This document shows, piece by piece, positions 1-9,654 of a stretch of 38,106 nucleotides of DNA. Origin of the DNA: Halobacteriales archaeon (GTDB lineage: Archaea > Halobacteriota > Halobacteria > Halobacteriales > PXRE01). Below the pieces are notes generated by a model. It did no database searches. It saw nothing but the letters and a program-made list of their open reading frames with translations, and was not told the DNA's origin. The position numbers and the translations under genes were made by a program. Position 1 is the stretch's first letter. Each line of letters opens with the position of its first letter. The stretch spans positions 1 to 38,106 of the forward strand of contig JAZKSB010000001.1 in NCBI GenBank assembly GCA_036626315.1, in the 5' to 3' direction.

Positions 1-389
1 CGTTCAACCTGAAGATGGTCGGGCTGAAGATGGCCGGCGAGCCGATCCGCGACTACGCGCCGGACTTCTGGCTCGTCTCCGACCCCGAGACGGGCGAGGA
101 GGTCGGCTACGTGACCTCGCCGTGGTGGAACCCCGAACTCGAGACGAACATCGCGATGGGCTTCGTCCCCGCCGAGAAGCTCCAGGAGGAGACGGACAAG
201 CCGCTCAACGACGAGATCTACACGGAGGACCTCGACATCGAGTTCCGGGTCCACCTGCCCGACGAGTACGCCGAGGAGCCGGGCGAACCGGTCTACGCGA
301 CGGTCGCGGAGGTGCCGTTCAAGGAGTCGGTCAACCCGAGCGCCCGCGAGCAGGCCAAACTCAACGCCCGCGAGGAAGCCGACGAGTAA
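1..389 (+). CDS. Aminomethyltransferase-family (GcvT/DmdA-like, folate-dependent) protein, C-terminal fragment; 5' end lies outside the window
   Basis: The frame is open from base 3 (FNLKMVGLK...) and continues into ORF-track entry 15..389. The segment GYVTSPWWNPELETNIAMGFVP resembles the C-terminal barrel of the glycine-cleavage T family. The tail is acidic and GC3 is high. Confidence 0.6.
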   Translation, partial: FNLKMVGLKMAGEPIRDYAPDFWLVSDPETGEEVGYVTSPWWNPELETNIAMGFVPAEKLQEETDKPLNDEIYTEDLDIEFRVHLPDEYAEEPGEPVYATVAEVPFKESVNPSAREQAKLNAREEADE

Positions 390-435
390 GTCGCCCCGCG
401 GTGGCTCCACCGTACCCTGACCAGTTCGGCGGTCG

Positions 436-456
436 CGAGCGGTCTTTTTGCGCTCG
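436..456 (+). terminator. Possible archaeal terminator: short hairpin whose loop contains a T5 run
   Basis: CGAGCG (436-441) pairs with CGCTCG (451-456). The loop gtctttttg carries TTTTT at 445-449, about 55 nt after the stop at 389. Confidence 0.3.
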
Positions 457-541
457 ATGCGCCCGACAGCGCCGCCCACGGTTTACGGAACGGCGGCTCG
501 ACCGATCACGCCGATGATACGACTCGCCCGCGCGCGCAAGC

Positions 542-548
542 TTTTATA
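542..548 (+). promoter_or_regulatory. TATA-like box (TTTTATA) upstream of the TrpE/PabB-type gene
   Basis: This is an isolated A/T heptamer in GC-rich spacer, about 70 nt upstream of ATG 617. A GGAGG-like motif (gggagga, about 598-604) lies roughly 10 nt before the ATG. Confidence 0.35.
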
Positions 549-616
549 CCCGGGTCCCCTTCCTTCCGGGAAACACCGAAGACGCCGGGCCGACTCCCGG
601 GAGGAACCCACCACAC

Positions 617-2137
617 ATGGAGGACATAACGGTCGTCACCGAGGAGGCATCGTTCGTCGAGACCGCGGCGTCGGCACCCTCCGATGCCCGAGTTCCCGTC
701 GAGGTCCGGGTCACCGTTCCGGACCCCTTCGAGGCGTACCGCCGCGCCCGGTCCGCAGACGCCGACGGGGTCTTTCTGGAGACCACCGGCGGCCAGTCCG
801 GCTGGGGGTATTTCGGCGTCGACCCGGTCGAGCGGGTGCAGGTGCGCGCCGACGCGACGCCGCGTGCCGACCCCGGCCAGCACGACGTCGCAAGCCCGAG
901 CATCGAGGCCATCGACGGCTTGCTCGACCGGGAACGACTGGTTCGGAGCGACTGCGACGTGCCCTACCCCTGCGGCGCCGTCGGGTGGCTGTCCTACGAT
1001 ATCGCGCGCGAACTGGAGGACCTGCCAGCGACGACCGAACCCGACGGTCTGCCCCGTCTCCAACTCGGCGTGTTCGACCGCCTGGCAGCCTGGACGGAGC
1101 CCCACGAGGGCGCCGTCGAACTCCGCGTGACCGCCTGCCCGGAAGTCGGCGACTCGCCGGCGGCGGCCTATGAGGCCGGGCTCGAATCCGCAACCGGCCT
1201 CGCCGAGGCGGCGCTCGCCGGTGAATCGACCGTCCGGGCACCACAGTCCGACGCCGTCGAGGCGACCTTCGAGAGCGAGGCCGGGGCGGCCGAGTTCGCC
1301 GACCGGGTCCGGACGATCAAACGCTACGTTCGGGAGGGGGATACGTTCCAGACGAACGTCTCCCACCGGCTCGTCGCCCCCGCCGCCGTCCATCCCGTCG
1401 AGGCGTACGACGCCGTCCGGCGGGTCAATCCGGCGCCGTACTCCGGGCTGCTGGAGTTCCCGGGGATTGACCTCGTCAGCGCCAGCCCGGAACTCCTGCT
1501 GGAGGTCGAGGGGGACCGCCTGGTCACCGAACCCATCGCCGGCACCCGGCCCCGCGGGGAGACACCCGAGGAGGACGAGCGACTGGAGCGGGACCTGTTG
1601 ACTGACGAGAAGGAGCGCGCCGAGCACGCGATGCTGGTCGACCTGGAGCGTAACGACCTCGGGAAGGTCAGCGAGTACGGCACCGTCGAGGTGTCGGAGT
1701 ACCGCCGGGTCGACCGCTACTCGGAGGTGATGCATCTCGTCTCGCTGGTCGAGGGCCGCCGACGGGACGAAAAGCGGCTCTCGGACGCGGTCGCGGCGGT
1801 GTTCCCCGGCGGCACCATCACGGGCGCGCCGAAGCCACGGACCATGGAGATAATCGACGAGGTCGAGCGCACCCGCCGGGGGCCGTACACCGGCAGCGTC
1901 GGCATCTTCGGGTTCGACGACCGGGCGACGCTGAACATCACCATCCGGACGCTGGTCCGCCACGACGACCAGTACCGCCTCCGGGTCGGCGCCGGCATCG
2001 TCCACGACTCGGTGCCGGACCAGGAGTACCAGGAGACCCTGGACAAGGCCCGGGCGCTCGTCACGGCCGTCGACGAGGCGCTCGGCGAGCGGGCGGCGCT
2101 GGCCGTCGAGAACGCAGCGCGGGAGGGCGCCCGATGA
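617..2137 (+). CDS. Chorismate-utilising enzyme, component I (anthranilate synthase TrpE / aminodeoxychorismate synthase PabB family)
   Basis: 506 aa. The C-terminal chorismate-binding region carries family motifs ([38 protein letters not shown]). The stop overlaps the next gene in ATGA. TrpE versus PabB cannot be resolved by eye; the neighbouring folate genes favour PabB. Confidence 0.85.
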   Translation: MEDITVVTEEASFVETAASAPSDARVPVEVRVTVPDPFEAYRRARSADADGVFLETTGGQSGWGYFGVDPVERVQVRADATPRADPGQHDVASPSIEAIDGLLDRERLVRSDCDVPYPCGAVGWLSYDIARELEDLPATTEPDGLPRLQLGVFDRLAAWTEPHEGAVELRVTACPEVGDSPAAAYEAGLESATGLAEAALAGESTVRAPQSDAVEATFESEAGAAEFADRVRTIKRYVREGDTFQTNVSHRLVAPAAVHPVEAYDAVRRVNPAPYSGLLEFPGIDLVSASPELLLEVEGDRLVTEPIAGTRPRGETPEEDERLERDLLTDEKERAEHAMLVDLERNDLGKVSEYGTVEVSEYRRVDRYSEVMHLVSLVEGRRRDEKRLSDAVAAVFPGGTITGAPKPRTMEIIDEVERTRRGPYTGSVGIFGFDDRATLNITIRTLVRHDDQYRLRVGAGIVHDSVPDQEYQETLDKARALVTAVDEALGERAALAVENAAREGAR

Positions 2138-2706
2138 TACTCATCGTCGACAACTACGATTCGTTCGCGTACAACCTCGTCCAGTACGTCGGCGAGTTCG
2201 ACGAGGTGGTCGTCCGGCGCAACGATGCCATCGACGTCGCGGCCATCCGCGACCTGGACCCGGACGGCGTCGTCGTCTCGCCGGGCCCGGGCACGCCCGC
2301 GGAGGCCGGCGTCTCCATCGACGTCTTCGCGGAGACGACCTATCCGGCGCTGGGGGTCTGTCTCGGCCACCAGGCGCTGAGCGCGGCCCACGGCGCCCCG
2401 GTCGCCCACGCTCCCGACGTGGTCCACGGCAAGCCCTCCGAGGTCAGCCACGAGGACACCGCCCTCTACGACGGCGTCTCCGATCCGTTCGACGCAGGGC
2501 GGTACCACTCCCTGGCCATCGAACGCGACGACCTCCCGGGGGATCTGGTCGAGACCGCCTACACCACCGACGAGCGCGGCGTCGTGATGGGGGTTCGCCA
2601 CGTCGACCACCCGCACTTCGGCGTGCAGTTCCACCCCGAAAGCATCCTCACCGACGAGGGCAAGCGCATCGTGGAGAACTTCGTCGCCATCGCGGCCGGG
2701 GGCTGA
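2134..2706 (+). CDS. Glutamine amidotransferase component II (TrpG/PabA type, class-I GATase)
   Basis: 190 aa. It begins [18 protein letters not shown], contains the catalytic Cys context [10 protein letters not shown] and ends near [10 protein letters not shown] 4-nt ATGA overlap links it to the upstream component I gene. Confidence 0.88.
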   Translation: MILIVDNYDSFAYNLVQYVGEFDEVVVRRNDAIDVAAIRDLDPDGVVVSPGPGTPAEAGVSIDVFAETTYPALGVCLGHQALSAAHGAPVAHAPDVVHGKPSEVSHEDTALYDGVSDPFDAGRYHSLAIERDDLPGDLVETAYTTDERGVVMGVRHVDHPHFGVQFHPESILTDEGKRIVENFVAIAAGG

Positions 2707-2824
2707 CACACATACGTGGCATCCTCAGACAGGGACTCGCCGTAGGACACCCAACTAATTAAATAGAATCCGGTGTCGGACGCCACTCTTGTCGGCTCAT
2801 ATTCACCCGTCGTCAGGCACCAAT

Positions 2825-2829
2825 AAAAA
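2825..2829 (-). terminator. T5 tract on the minus strand, about 40 nt downstream of the fhs stop
   Basis: The plus strand reads caatAAAAAggg, which is TTTTT on the minus strand. It lies in the A/T-richest part of the convergent spacer 2707-2867. Confidence 0.3.
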
Positions 2830-2867
2830 GGGTCGCTGAACTTCGGTTGAACTCCTGTCTCGCTAGC

Positions 2868-4592
2868 TCAGAACAGCCCGGAGATGTTGCCGTCGTCGTC
2901 GATGTCCATGTTCGCCGCCGCGGGGTCGGCGGGCAGGCCCGGCATCGTCAGCACGTCGCCGGTCAGTGCGACGAGGAAGCCGGCCCCCGCCGAGGGGTAG
3001 ACCTCCCGGACGTCCAGCGTCCAGCCGGTCGGCGCGCCCTTCTTGCTCGGGTCGTCGCTCAGCGAGTGGAACGTCTTCGAGAGACAGATGGGGTACTCGC
3101 CGAAGCCGAGTTCCTCCATGCGCTCGATGTCGTCCTCGGCGTCGCCGGTGAAGTTGACGCCGTCGGCGCCGTAGACCTCGGTGGCGACCGTGCGGATCTT
3201 GTCCTTGATCGAGTCCTCGTCGTCGTACAGCGGCGCGAACTCCGAGCCGTCGTTGGCCTCGGCCTCCGCGACGACGTTCTCCGCGAGGTCGACGCCACCG
3301 TCGCTGCCCTGTTCGAAGACCCGCGACTCGGCGGCCCGCACGCCCAGGTCGTCGTGAGCGTGGTCGAGCACGGCCTGGACCTCCTCGTCGGTGTCGTCGG
3401 GGAAGCGGTTGACCGCGACGACGACCGGGACGCCGAACTTCTGGAGGTTCGAGACGTGCCGGTCGAGGTTCTCGAACCCGGCCTCGACGGCGTCGACGCC
3501 GGCCTCGCCGATCTCGTCCATGTCGGCGGGCCACATGTCCAGGCCGTGGTATTTCAGCGCGCGGACGGACGCGACCAGCACGATCACGTTCGGGGTCAGG
3601 TCGCCCAGGCGGGCGACGATGTTCATGAACTTCTCGGCGCCGAGATCCGACCCGAAGCCGGCCTCGGTGACGACGTAGTCGCCCATGCCGAAGGCGGCCT
3701 TGTCGGCGATCAGGGAGTTCGTCCCGTGGGCGATGTTCGCGAACGGCCCGCCGTGAACGAACGCCGGGGTGCCCTCCAGGGTCTGGACGATGTTGGGCTG
3801 GATGGCGTCGCGCAGCAGGATGCTGACGGCGCCGGTGGCGTCGATGTCGTCGACGGTAATGGGTTCGCCGTTCTGGTCGTAGGCGACGATGATCCGGCCG
3901 ACCCGTTCCTTGAGGTCCGCCAGGTCCTCGGCCATTCCCAGGACCGCCATCAGTTCGGAGGCGGCGGTCAGCAGGAAGTTGTCCTCGCGGGGAGTCCCGC
4001 CGGTCGACCCGCCGAGGCCGATGACGATCTCGCGCAGGGCGCGGTCGTTCATGTCGACGGCCCGCGGCCAGGCCACCTCGTTGACGTCGATGCCCGGTTC
4101 GTTGCCCTTCGCGAGTTTGGCGTCAAGCATCGCCGCGATGAGGTTGTGTGCCGACGTGAGCGCGTGGAGGTCGCCCGTGAAGTGGAGGTTGATGTCCTCC
4201 ATCGGGAGCACCTGGGAGTAGCCGCCCCCGGCGGCCCCGCCCTTGACGCCGAACACCGGGCCCAGCGAGGGCTCCCGGATGGCGATCATCGCGTCCTCGC
4301 CGATGGCGTTGAGCGTCTGGCCGAGGCCGACGGTCGTGACCGTCTTGCCCTCGCCCATCGGCGTGGGGGTCATCCCGGTGACCAGTACCAGGTTCTCGGC
4401 CTTGTCGGCCGCCTCGTCGCGGAGTCGGTCCACGGCCTCGTGTGTGACTTTCGCCTTGTGCTCGCCGTACACCTGGAGGTCGTCGCGGTCGAGCCCCCAG
4501 CCGTCCACGACGTTCCAGATGGGTTCCGGCTCCGCGTTCTGTGCGATCTCGTAGTCCGTGGGGAACGACTCCCCGTCGTCGTCAGAAGACAT
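2868..4592 (-). CDS. fhs: Formate--tetrahydrofolate ligase (formyl-THF synthetase)
   Basis: ORF-track entry 2868..4622. I place the start at internal Met11 (MSSDDDGESFPTDYEIAQ...) because a GGAGG (plus-strand cctcc, 4606-4610) precedes it. Full-length FTHFS features are present: the TPxGEGKTT P-loop (GMTPTPMGEGKTVTTVGL) and the NIAHG segment. Confidence 0.9.
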   Translation of the reverse strand: MSSDDDGESFPTDYEIAQNAEPEPIWNVVDGWGLDRDDLQVYGEHKAKVTHEAVDRLRDEAADKAENLVLVTGMTPTPMGEGKTVTTVGLGQTLNAIGEDAMIAIREPSLGPVFGVKGGAAGGGYSQVLPMEDINLHFTGDLHALTSAHNLIAAMLDAKLAKGNEPGIDVNEVAWPRAVDMNDRALREIVIGLGGSTGGTPREDNFLLTAASELMAVLGMAEDLADLKERVGRIIVAYDQNGEPITVDDIDATGAVSILLRDAIQPNIVQTLEGTPAFVHGGPFANIAHGTNSLIADKAAFGMGDYVVTEAGFGSDLGAEKFMNIVARLGDLTPNVIVLVASVRALKYHGLDMWPADMDEIGEAGVDAVEAGFENLDRHVSNLQKFGVPVVVAVNRFPDDTDEEVQAVLDHAHDDLGVRAAESRVFEQGSDGGVDLAENVVAEAEANDGSEFAPLYDDEDSIKDKIRTVATEVYGADGVNFTGDAEDDIERMEELGFGEYPICLSKTFHSLSDDPSKKGAPTGWTLDVREVYPSAGAGFLVALTGDVLTMPGLPADPAAANMDIDDDGNISGLF

Positions 4593-4679
4593 CTCCCTTT
4601 CATATCCTCCGCACACCGGCAAGAACGTTGTCCTATCTACCAGCCGCTAGATGCGACTTGGCCAGGTCGCCCCGGAACG

Positions 4680-4715
4680 CTCGACATATATGAAAATTTA
4701 TCGAATTTGGTTCAC
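4680..4715. promoter_or_regulatory. A/T-rich core of the divergent fhs / BCCT intergenic region (probable bidirectional promoter region)
   Basis: The sequence cgacatatatgaaaatttatcgaatttgg is the only A/T-rich stretch between the fhs start (4592, minus) and the BCCT start (4776/4803, plus). It contains the palindrome CATATATG and TTTAT-type boxes on both strands. Confidence 0.35.
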
Positions 4716-4775
4716 CCATTCGTGGAACGGGCCCCTTTCGGGCTGTCCGTGTCACCCGCGCGTGGCGACACTACT

Positions 4776-6683
4776 ATGTCCGGGCGGGTCCACCTTCGTG
4801 TCATGTCGACGCATGACGAGTTCGGGCTGGAGACGCTGCTCCGGCGGGCCTTGGTCCCGGTGTTCGTGCTGTCCGGCACCGTCGTCGTCTCCGGGTTCTT
4901 CTTCCCGCAGTTCGTCAGCGCGGTCGCCTCCGGTCAGGGGTGGCTGGTCGTCGCGCTGCTGTTTTTCGGGTCGGGACTGGCGTACGTCTCGCTGTTGCCG
5001 CTGGCGGCCGGCGACGCGGCGGCGGGCCGCGGATCCGGCGCGCAGTACCTGCTCCGGGTCAGACACGGGTCCTCGCTGGAGAGCCTCCGTGGATTCGTCG
5101 GCCGGCAGGACCCGGCGACGTTCGGCGTTCCCGTGGTCGTGTTCGTGCTGTTTTTCGCCGCCAGGCTCCTGTTTCCGGGCGGCACCGAGACCGCCGTCTC
5201 GGCGGTTCAGGGCGTCCTGCTGACCCGGTTCGACTGGCTGTTTCTCGGCGCGATGTTCCTGTCGGTGGTGTACGTCCTGTTTCTTCTGGTGGGGCCGTGG
5301 GGCGACGTCAGGCTGGGGGGCCCGGACGCGGAACCGACCTACACGTACCCGACGTACTTTGCGATGTTCTTCACGGCGGGGATCGCCGCGGGCATCGTCT
5401 TCTGGGGGCCCGCCGAAGCGATCTTTCACTACGACTCGCCGCCGCCGCTCGTGGACGCCGCGCCCCGCTCGGAGGGCGCGATCGTCGGCGCGCTGACCTA
5501 CGCCCTGTTCCACTGGGGGATCTCCGCCTGGAGCGCCTACGTGGTCGTGGGGCTGCCGATCGCGTACTTCACCTATCACCGGGGTGCGCCGCTGCGGGTC
5601 TCGACGATCCTGACGCCGTTTCTGGGCGTCGACGGCCTCGACGGCCGGTGGGCGACGCTGGTCGACGTGCTGGCCGTCTTCGCGACGTTGGGCGGTGTCG
5701 CGACGTCGGTCGCGTTCGTCAGCCAGCAGTTTCTCGCCGGCATCGACTTCCAGTGGGGGGTCACCTACGGCGCGCTCGGCCCCGTCCTGTTCGTCACGGG
5801 GCTGACGGTCATCTACGCGATCTCCGCGGGAACGGGGGTCCAGCGCGGCATCCGCCGGATAGCGGGGGTCAATCTGGTCCTCTTCGGCCTGTTCGGACTG
5901 TTGCTGTTTGCGGTCGGGCCGCGGTCGTTCGTCTTCGACCGCGGCGCGGCGGCGCTTGCGGGCTACGCCGTCGACTTCGCCCCGATGAGCCTCCACCTGG
6001 GCGGGGAGTGGATGGCTAGCTGGACGGTCTGGAACTGGTCGTGGTGGTTCTCGTGGGCGCCGTTTGCCGGCCTCTTCCTGGCGGCGCTGTCGAAGGGCCG
6101 CACGGTTCGGACGGTCGCGTTCACGGGCGTCGTCGCGACGTCGGCGGCGAGCGCCGCGTGGTTCCTGCTGCTCGGCGGGACGTCGCTGTCGCTGCAGCAC
6201 ACCGGCACCGCCGACGTCCTCGGGACCATCGCTGCGCACGGCGGGTCGGAGGCGGTGGCCGGGTTCCCGATCTTCGCGGCGCTGCCGATGGGCGAGTTGC
6301 TAATGTTCCTGTTTCTCGCGCTGATCGTCGTGTTCATCGTCTCCTCGGCGGACACCTCGACGCTGATCGTCGCCATCCTGGCGACCGAACGCGACGTCGC
6401 CCCGACGACGGGCACGATCGTCTTCTGGGGGGCCTTCCAGGGTGCGATCGCAGTCTCGGTGCTGCTCGTCGGCGGCGGCCAGTCCCTGCAGGCCGTGGCC
6501 GTGCTCACCGGCGGCCCGTTCGCCGTCCTGTCGCTTGTTGCACTCGTCGGCCTGACGGCGACTTTTTACCGCGAGGAGCGGGGCCACACCTCGCTGTTCG
6601 GAAAGGCCCGATCCGCCCTCCAGGAGCGGGGTCTCGTGCCGCCGGCGGAGATGCCACACATCCGGGACGACGAGCGCGAGTGA
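4776..6683 (+). CDS. BCCT-family (betaine/carnitine/choline) secondary transporter
   Basis: This is the C-terminal 636 codons of the artefactual 1278-aa ORF 2847..6683; the upstream part is antisense to fhs. The start is ATG 4776 (MSGRVHL...) or ATG 4803 (MSTHDEF...). It has multiple TM segments and the Trp-rich BCCT signature WTVWNWSWWFSWAPFAGLFLAALSKGRTVR. Confidence 0.85.
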   Translation: MSGRVHLRVMSTHDEFGLETLLRRALVPVFVLSGTVVVSGFFFPQFVSAVASGQGWLVVALLFFGSGLAYVSLLPLAAGDAAAGRGSGAQYLLRVRHGSSLESLRGFVGRQDPATFGVPVVVFVLFFAARLLFPGGTETAVSAVQGVLLTRFDWLFLGAMFLSVVYVLFLLVGPWGDVRLGGPDAEPTYTYPTYFAMFFTAGIAAGIVFWGPAEAIFHYDSPPPLVDAAPRSEGAIVGALTYALFHWGISAWSAYVVVGLPIAYFTYHRGAPLRVSTILTPFLGVDGLDGRWATLVDVLAVFATLGGVATSVAFVSQQFLAGIDFQWGVTYGALGPVLFVTGLTVIYAISAGTGVQRGIRRIAGVNLVLFGLFGLLLFAVGPRSFVFDRGAAALAGYAVDFAPMSLHLGGEWMASWTVWNWSWWFSWAPFAGLFLAALSKGRTVRTVAFTGVVATSAASAAWFLLLGGTSLSLQHTGTADVLGTIAAHGGSEAVAGFPIFAALPMGELLMFLFLALIVVFIVSSADTSTLIVAILATERDVAPTTGTIVFWGAFQGAIAVSVLLVGGGQSLQAVAVLTGGPFAVLSLVALVGLTATFYREERGHTSLFGKARSALQERGLVPPAEMPHIRDDERE

Positions 6684-6949
6684 GCGTCGATGGGCCCGCT
6701 GGCGTCGTCGCTCCGGCTGGCCGCCGATGGCCCCGCCCGGAAACACGACTTCACGGATATCGTATGTATTGTGCGAACTCGGCGAGTCGCGGACGGATCC
6801 GGTCGAACCGCCGGATCCGGGAGTGGGGTCGTAAGCCCCGAAAGCGTCCGGAATTTCGACGATTGAGCCATTTCTGGCGCCGTACCCGGGGCGGGCTTGC
6901 GCCCCCGTGCGCGACACGTTACCTAACCGTTCTTTCAGTTATGCTGTCC

Positions 6950-6956
6950 TTTAATA
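6950..6956 (+). promoter_or_regulatory. TATA-like box (TTTAATA) in the long spacer upstream of the DMGDH-like gene
   Basis: An A/T heptamer about 100 nt upstream of ATG 7057. This implies either a leader of about 75 nt or a leaderless start at ATG 6983 (see findings and rejected list). Confidence 0.3.
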
Positions 6957-7056
6957 GCCAGCTACCCGTTCATCCAAAGAGTATGGACCCAACCACCACC
7001 GCCGCAGGTACGGGCATCACTGACCGACGCTCCCCCCACAAAGCGGGTGGTCGTCG

Positions 7057-9591
7057 ATGAGCGAGGACTTCCCGTCGAGCGCGGGGACGGTCATCGTCGG
7101 CGCCGGGATCGTCGGCAACAGCCTGGCGTATCACCTCGCCGATCAGGGGCGGGACGACATCCTCCTGATCGACAAGGGGCCGCTCCCGGACCCGGGCGGA
7201 TCGACCGGCCACGCGTCGAACTTCCTGATGCCGGTCGAGCACTCCAAGGAGATGACCGAGCTGACCTACGACGCCATCGAGCAGTACGACGAGGCCGGCG
7301 TCTTCACCGAGGCCGGCGGCATGGAGGTCGCCCGGTCGGACGAGCAGATGGAGGAGCTCAAGCGCCGCGTCCAGTCGGCCAAATCCTACGGCGCCAGCGC
7401 GGAGCTCATCGACGCCGAGGAAGTCAAGGAGATGGTGCCCTACATCAACGAGAACATCATCCAGGGCGCGATGTACTCCGAGGACGCCGGGACCTGTGAC
7501 CCGCTCCGGTTCGGCGAGATTTGCCGCGAGCGGGCCCGGGACATGGGCGCGCTCACCGTCTCGCCCAACACCGAGGTCACCGACGTCAAGACCGAGGGCC
7601 GGACGGTCACCGCCGTCGAGACCGACCGCGGCACCGTCGAGGTCGAGAAGGACTTCGTCGACGCCGCGGGCATCTGGGCGCCGGAGTTCGCGGAGATGGC
7701 CGACACGGAGGTGCCGCTGACGCCGGCGGTCCACCAGATGATCAGCGTCGGCCCGATCGACCAGTTCGAGGAGAAGGACGGCGAGATCAGCTACCCGATC
7801 GTCCGGGACATGGACGTCCGGATGTACGAGCGCCAGCACGGCAACGACATGGAGGTCGGCTCCTACCAGCACCGGCCGATCCTGCTGGACGTCGAGGACA
7901 TCCCCTCGATCGACGAGGCGCCGCTGTCGCCGACCCAGCTGCCGCTGACCGAGGACGCCTTCGAGAAGTCCATGGAGGACGCCCTGGAACTGATGCCGGA
8001 GATCCTCGACGACCCTGACGCCGGCATCCGACACTCCATCGACGGCCTGCTGTCGATGACCCCGGACGGCGGCCCGGTCGTCGGTCCGGTCAAGGACCTG
8101 AACAACTTCTGGTCGATCGCCGCCATCTGGATCAAGGAGGCGCCCGCCATCGCAAAGGAGACTGCCCGCTGGATGACCGAGGGCTGGGGCGCGCTCGACA
8201 CCGACATCCACGGGATGAACATCGCCCGGTACGACGAGTACGGCCGGTCCGACGAGTACGTCAAAGAGCGCTCCGACGAGGGCTTCCGCAAGATCTACGG
8301 CATCATCCACCCGATGGAGCAGTGGCAGACTTCCCGCCCGCTCCGGACCAGCGGCTTCTACGACCGCCAGGTCGACCTGGACGCGGAGTTCTTCGAGGCG
8401 GCCGGCTGGGAGCGCCCCCGCTGGTTCCGCTCGAACGAGGACCTGCTCCAGAAGTACGAGTCGGAGATCAACCACCTCCAGCGCACCCACGAGTGGGACC
8501 GGCGCTGGTGGTCGCCGATCATCCTCGCCGAGCACCTCCACATGCGTGACAACGTCGGCATGATCGGCGACACCGGCTTCGGCATCTTCGAGGTCGTCGG
8601 CGACGACGCCCTCGACGTCGTCCAGAACCTCGCCGTCGGCCGGATGGACGTCGACGTCGGCAAGACCGTCTACACCCCGATCCTGGACTCCGACGCCGGC
8701 TTCCGGTCGGACCTCACCGTCGCCCGGATGGACGAGGACCGGTTCCGGTTCATCACCGGCGGCGGCATGGCCGGCGCGGACAAGCAGTGGGTCCGCCGAC
8801 ACATCCCCGACGACGCCGACGCCGAACTCGTCAGCAAGAGCTCCTCGCTGGCGACGCTGGGCGTCTGGGGCCCGAAGGCCCGCGAGGTCGTCGACCCCGT
8901 CGCCGAGGAGGACATGTCCCACGAGGCGTTCCCGCCGTACACCGCCCAGAAGGTCACCATCGGCGAGGTCGAGGCCTGGGCGATGCGCATCTCCTACGTC
9001 GGCGAACTCGGCTGGGAGATCTACGCCCCGATGGAGCAGGCCGGGCGGCTCTGGGACATCATCTACGAGGCCGGCCAGGAGCACGACATCCGGCCGGTCG
9101 GCACGGGCGTCTATGGCGCCACCGGCCGCATGGAGAAGGGCTACCGCCTGTACGGCCACGAACTCGAACACGACTACAACCCCGCCGAGGCGGGCCTGAC
9201 GTTCCACGGCGTGAAGGACGCCGACTTCGTCGGCAAGGAGGCCTACGAGGAGGCCCTGGAGGACGAACCCGCTGCGAAGCTCTGCACCCTGTCGGTCGAC
9301 GACCACGCCCCCGACGGCGGCCAGCGCCGGTTCATGCTGGGCGGCGAACCGGTCAAGGACATGGAGGGCAACGTCCTGATCGACGACGAGGGGCGGCGCT
9401 CGTTCGTCACCAGCGCTGCGACCGGCCCGTCGGTCGGCAAGCACCTCCTGATGGCGTACATCCCGACGGAGGTCGCGGAGGAGGGCAAACAGCTCCAGGT
9501 CGAGTACTTCGGCCAGGACTACCCCGTGAGCATCGAGGTCGTGGGTAGCCGCCCGCTGTTCGACCCGGACAACGAGCGGATCTTCAGCTAG
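7057..9591 (+). CDS. FAD-dependent oxidoreductase fused to a GcvT-type aminomethyltransferase domain (dimethylglycine / sarcosine dehydrogenase-oxidase family)
   Basis: 844 aa. The N-terminus has a Rossmann motif (VIVGAGIVGNSLAYHL) followed by GGSTGHASNF, which resembles the covalent-FAD histidine region of DMGDH/SARDH. The C-terminal half is a folate-binding GcvT-like domain (ISYVGELGWEIY, GYRLYGHEL). Confidence 0.85.
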   Translation: MSEDFPSSAGTVIVGAGIVGNSLAYHLADQGRDDILLIDKGPLPDPGGSTGHASNFLMPVEHSKEMTELTYDAIEQYDEAGVFTEAGGMEVARSDEQMEELKRRVQSAKSYGASAELIDAEEVKEMVPYINENIIQGAMYSEDAGTCDPLRFGEICRERARDMGALTVSPNTEVTDVKTEGRTVTAVETDRGTVEVEKDFVDAAGIWAPEFAEMADTEVPLTPAVHQMISVGPIDQFEEKDGEISYPIVRDMDVRMYERQHGNDMEVGSYQHRPILLDVEDIPSIDEAPLSPTQLPLTEDAFEKSMEDALELMPEILDDPDAGIRHSIDGLLSMTPDGGPVVGPVKDLNNFWSIAAIWIKEAPAIAKETARWMTEGWGALDTDIHGMNIARYDEYGRSDEYVKERSDEGFRKIYGIIHPMEQWQTSRPLRTSGFYDRQVDLDAEFFEAAGWERPRWFRSNEDLLQKYESEINHLQRTHEWDRRWWSPIILAEHLHMRDNVGMIGDTGFGIFEVVGDDALDVVQNLAVGRMDVDVGKTVYTPILDSDAGFRSDLTVARMDEDRFRFITGGGMAGADKQWVRRHIPDDADAELVSKSSSLATLGVWGPKAREVVDPVAEEDMSHEAFPPYTAQKVTIGEVEAWAMRISYVGELGWEIYAPMEQAGRLWDIIYEAGQEHDIRPVGTGVYGATGRMEKGYRLYGHELEHDYNPAEAGLTFHGVKDADFVGKEAYEEALEDEPAAKLCTLSVDDHAPDGGQRRFMLGGEPVKDMEGNVLIDDEGRRSFVTSAATGPSVGKHLLMAYIPTEVAEEGKQLQVEYFGQDYPVSIEVVGSRPLFDPDNERIFS

Positions 9592-9654
9592 ACCCGCTCT
9601 CCCCGGCGAATCGCGTTCCAACCAACTCGAAGCAACCACTACCGAAACGACACC

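Noticed and set aside
506-2005. 499-aa minus-strand ORF antisense to the TrpE/PabB-type gene. Similar very long antisense or off-frame ORFs include 6970..9639 (889 aa), 12999..14966 (655 aa), 1717..2709, 4752..6239, 15085..15927, 26969..28288, 29042..30238 and 29191..30495.
   Set aside because: These are typical high-GC shadow ORFs. They are Arg/Pro/Gly/Ala-rich and basic with no recognisable motifs. Each fully overlaps a gene that has clear family signatures and the acidic composition expected in this genome.
2847-4775. N-terminal ~640 codons of the 1278-aa plus-strand ORF 2847..6683
   Set aside because: This part is antisense to the well-supported fhs gene and has low-complexity V/D/G/R content. 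Only the part from ATG 4776/4803 onwards shows BCCT transporter features.
6983-7060. 25-codon upstream ORF (MDPTTTAAGTGITDRRSPHKAGGRR), starting 30 nt after the TTTAATA box and ending in an ATGA overlap with the DMGDH-like gene
   Set aside because: The geometry (a leaderless-type start and stop/start coupling) is attractive. However, GC3 is only about 58%, against about 85% in real genes here, and the peptide is basic and low-complexity. I treat it as probable 5' leader rather than a CDS. Ribo-seq could revive it.
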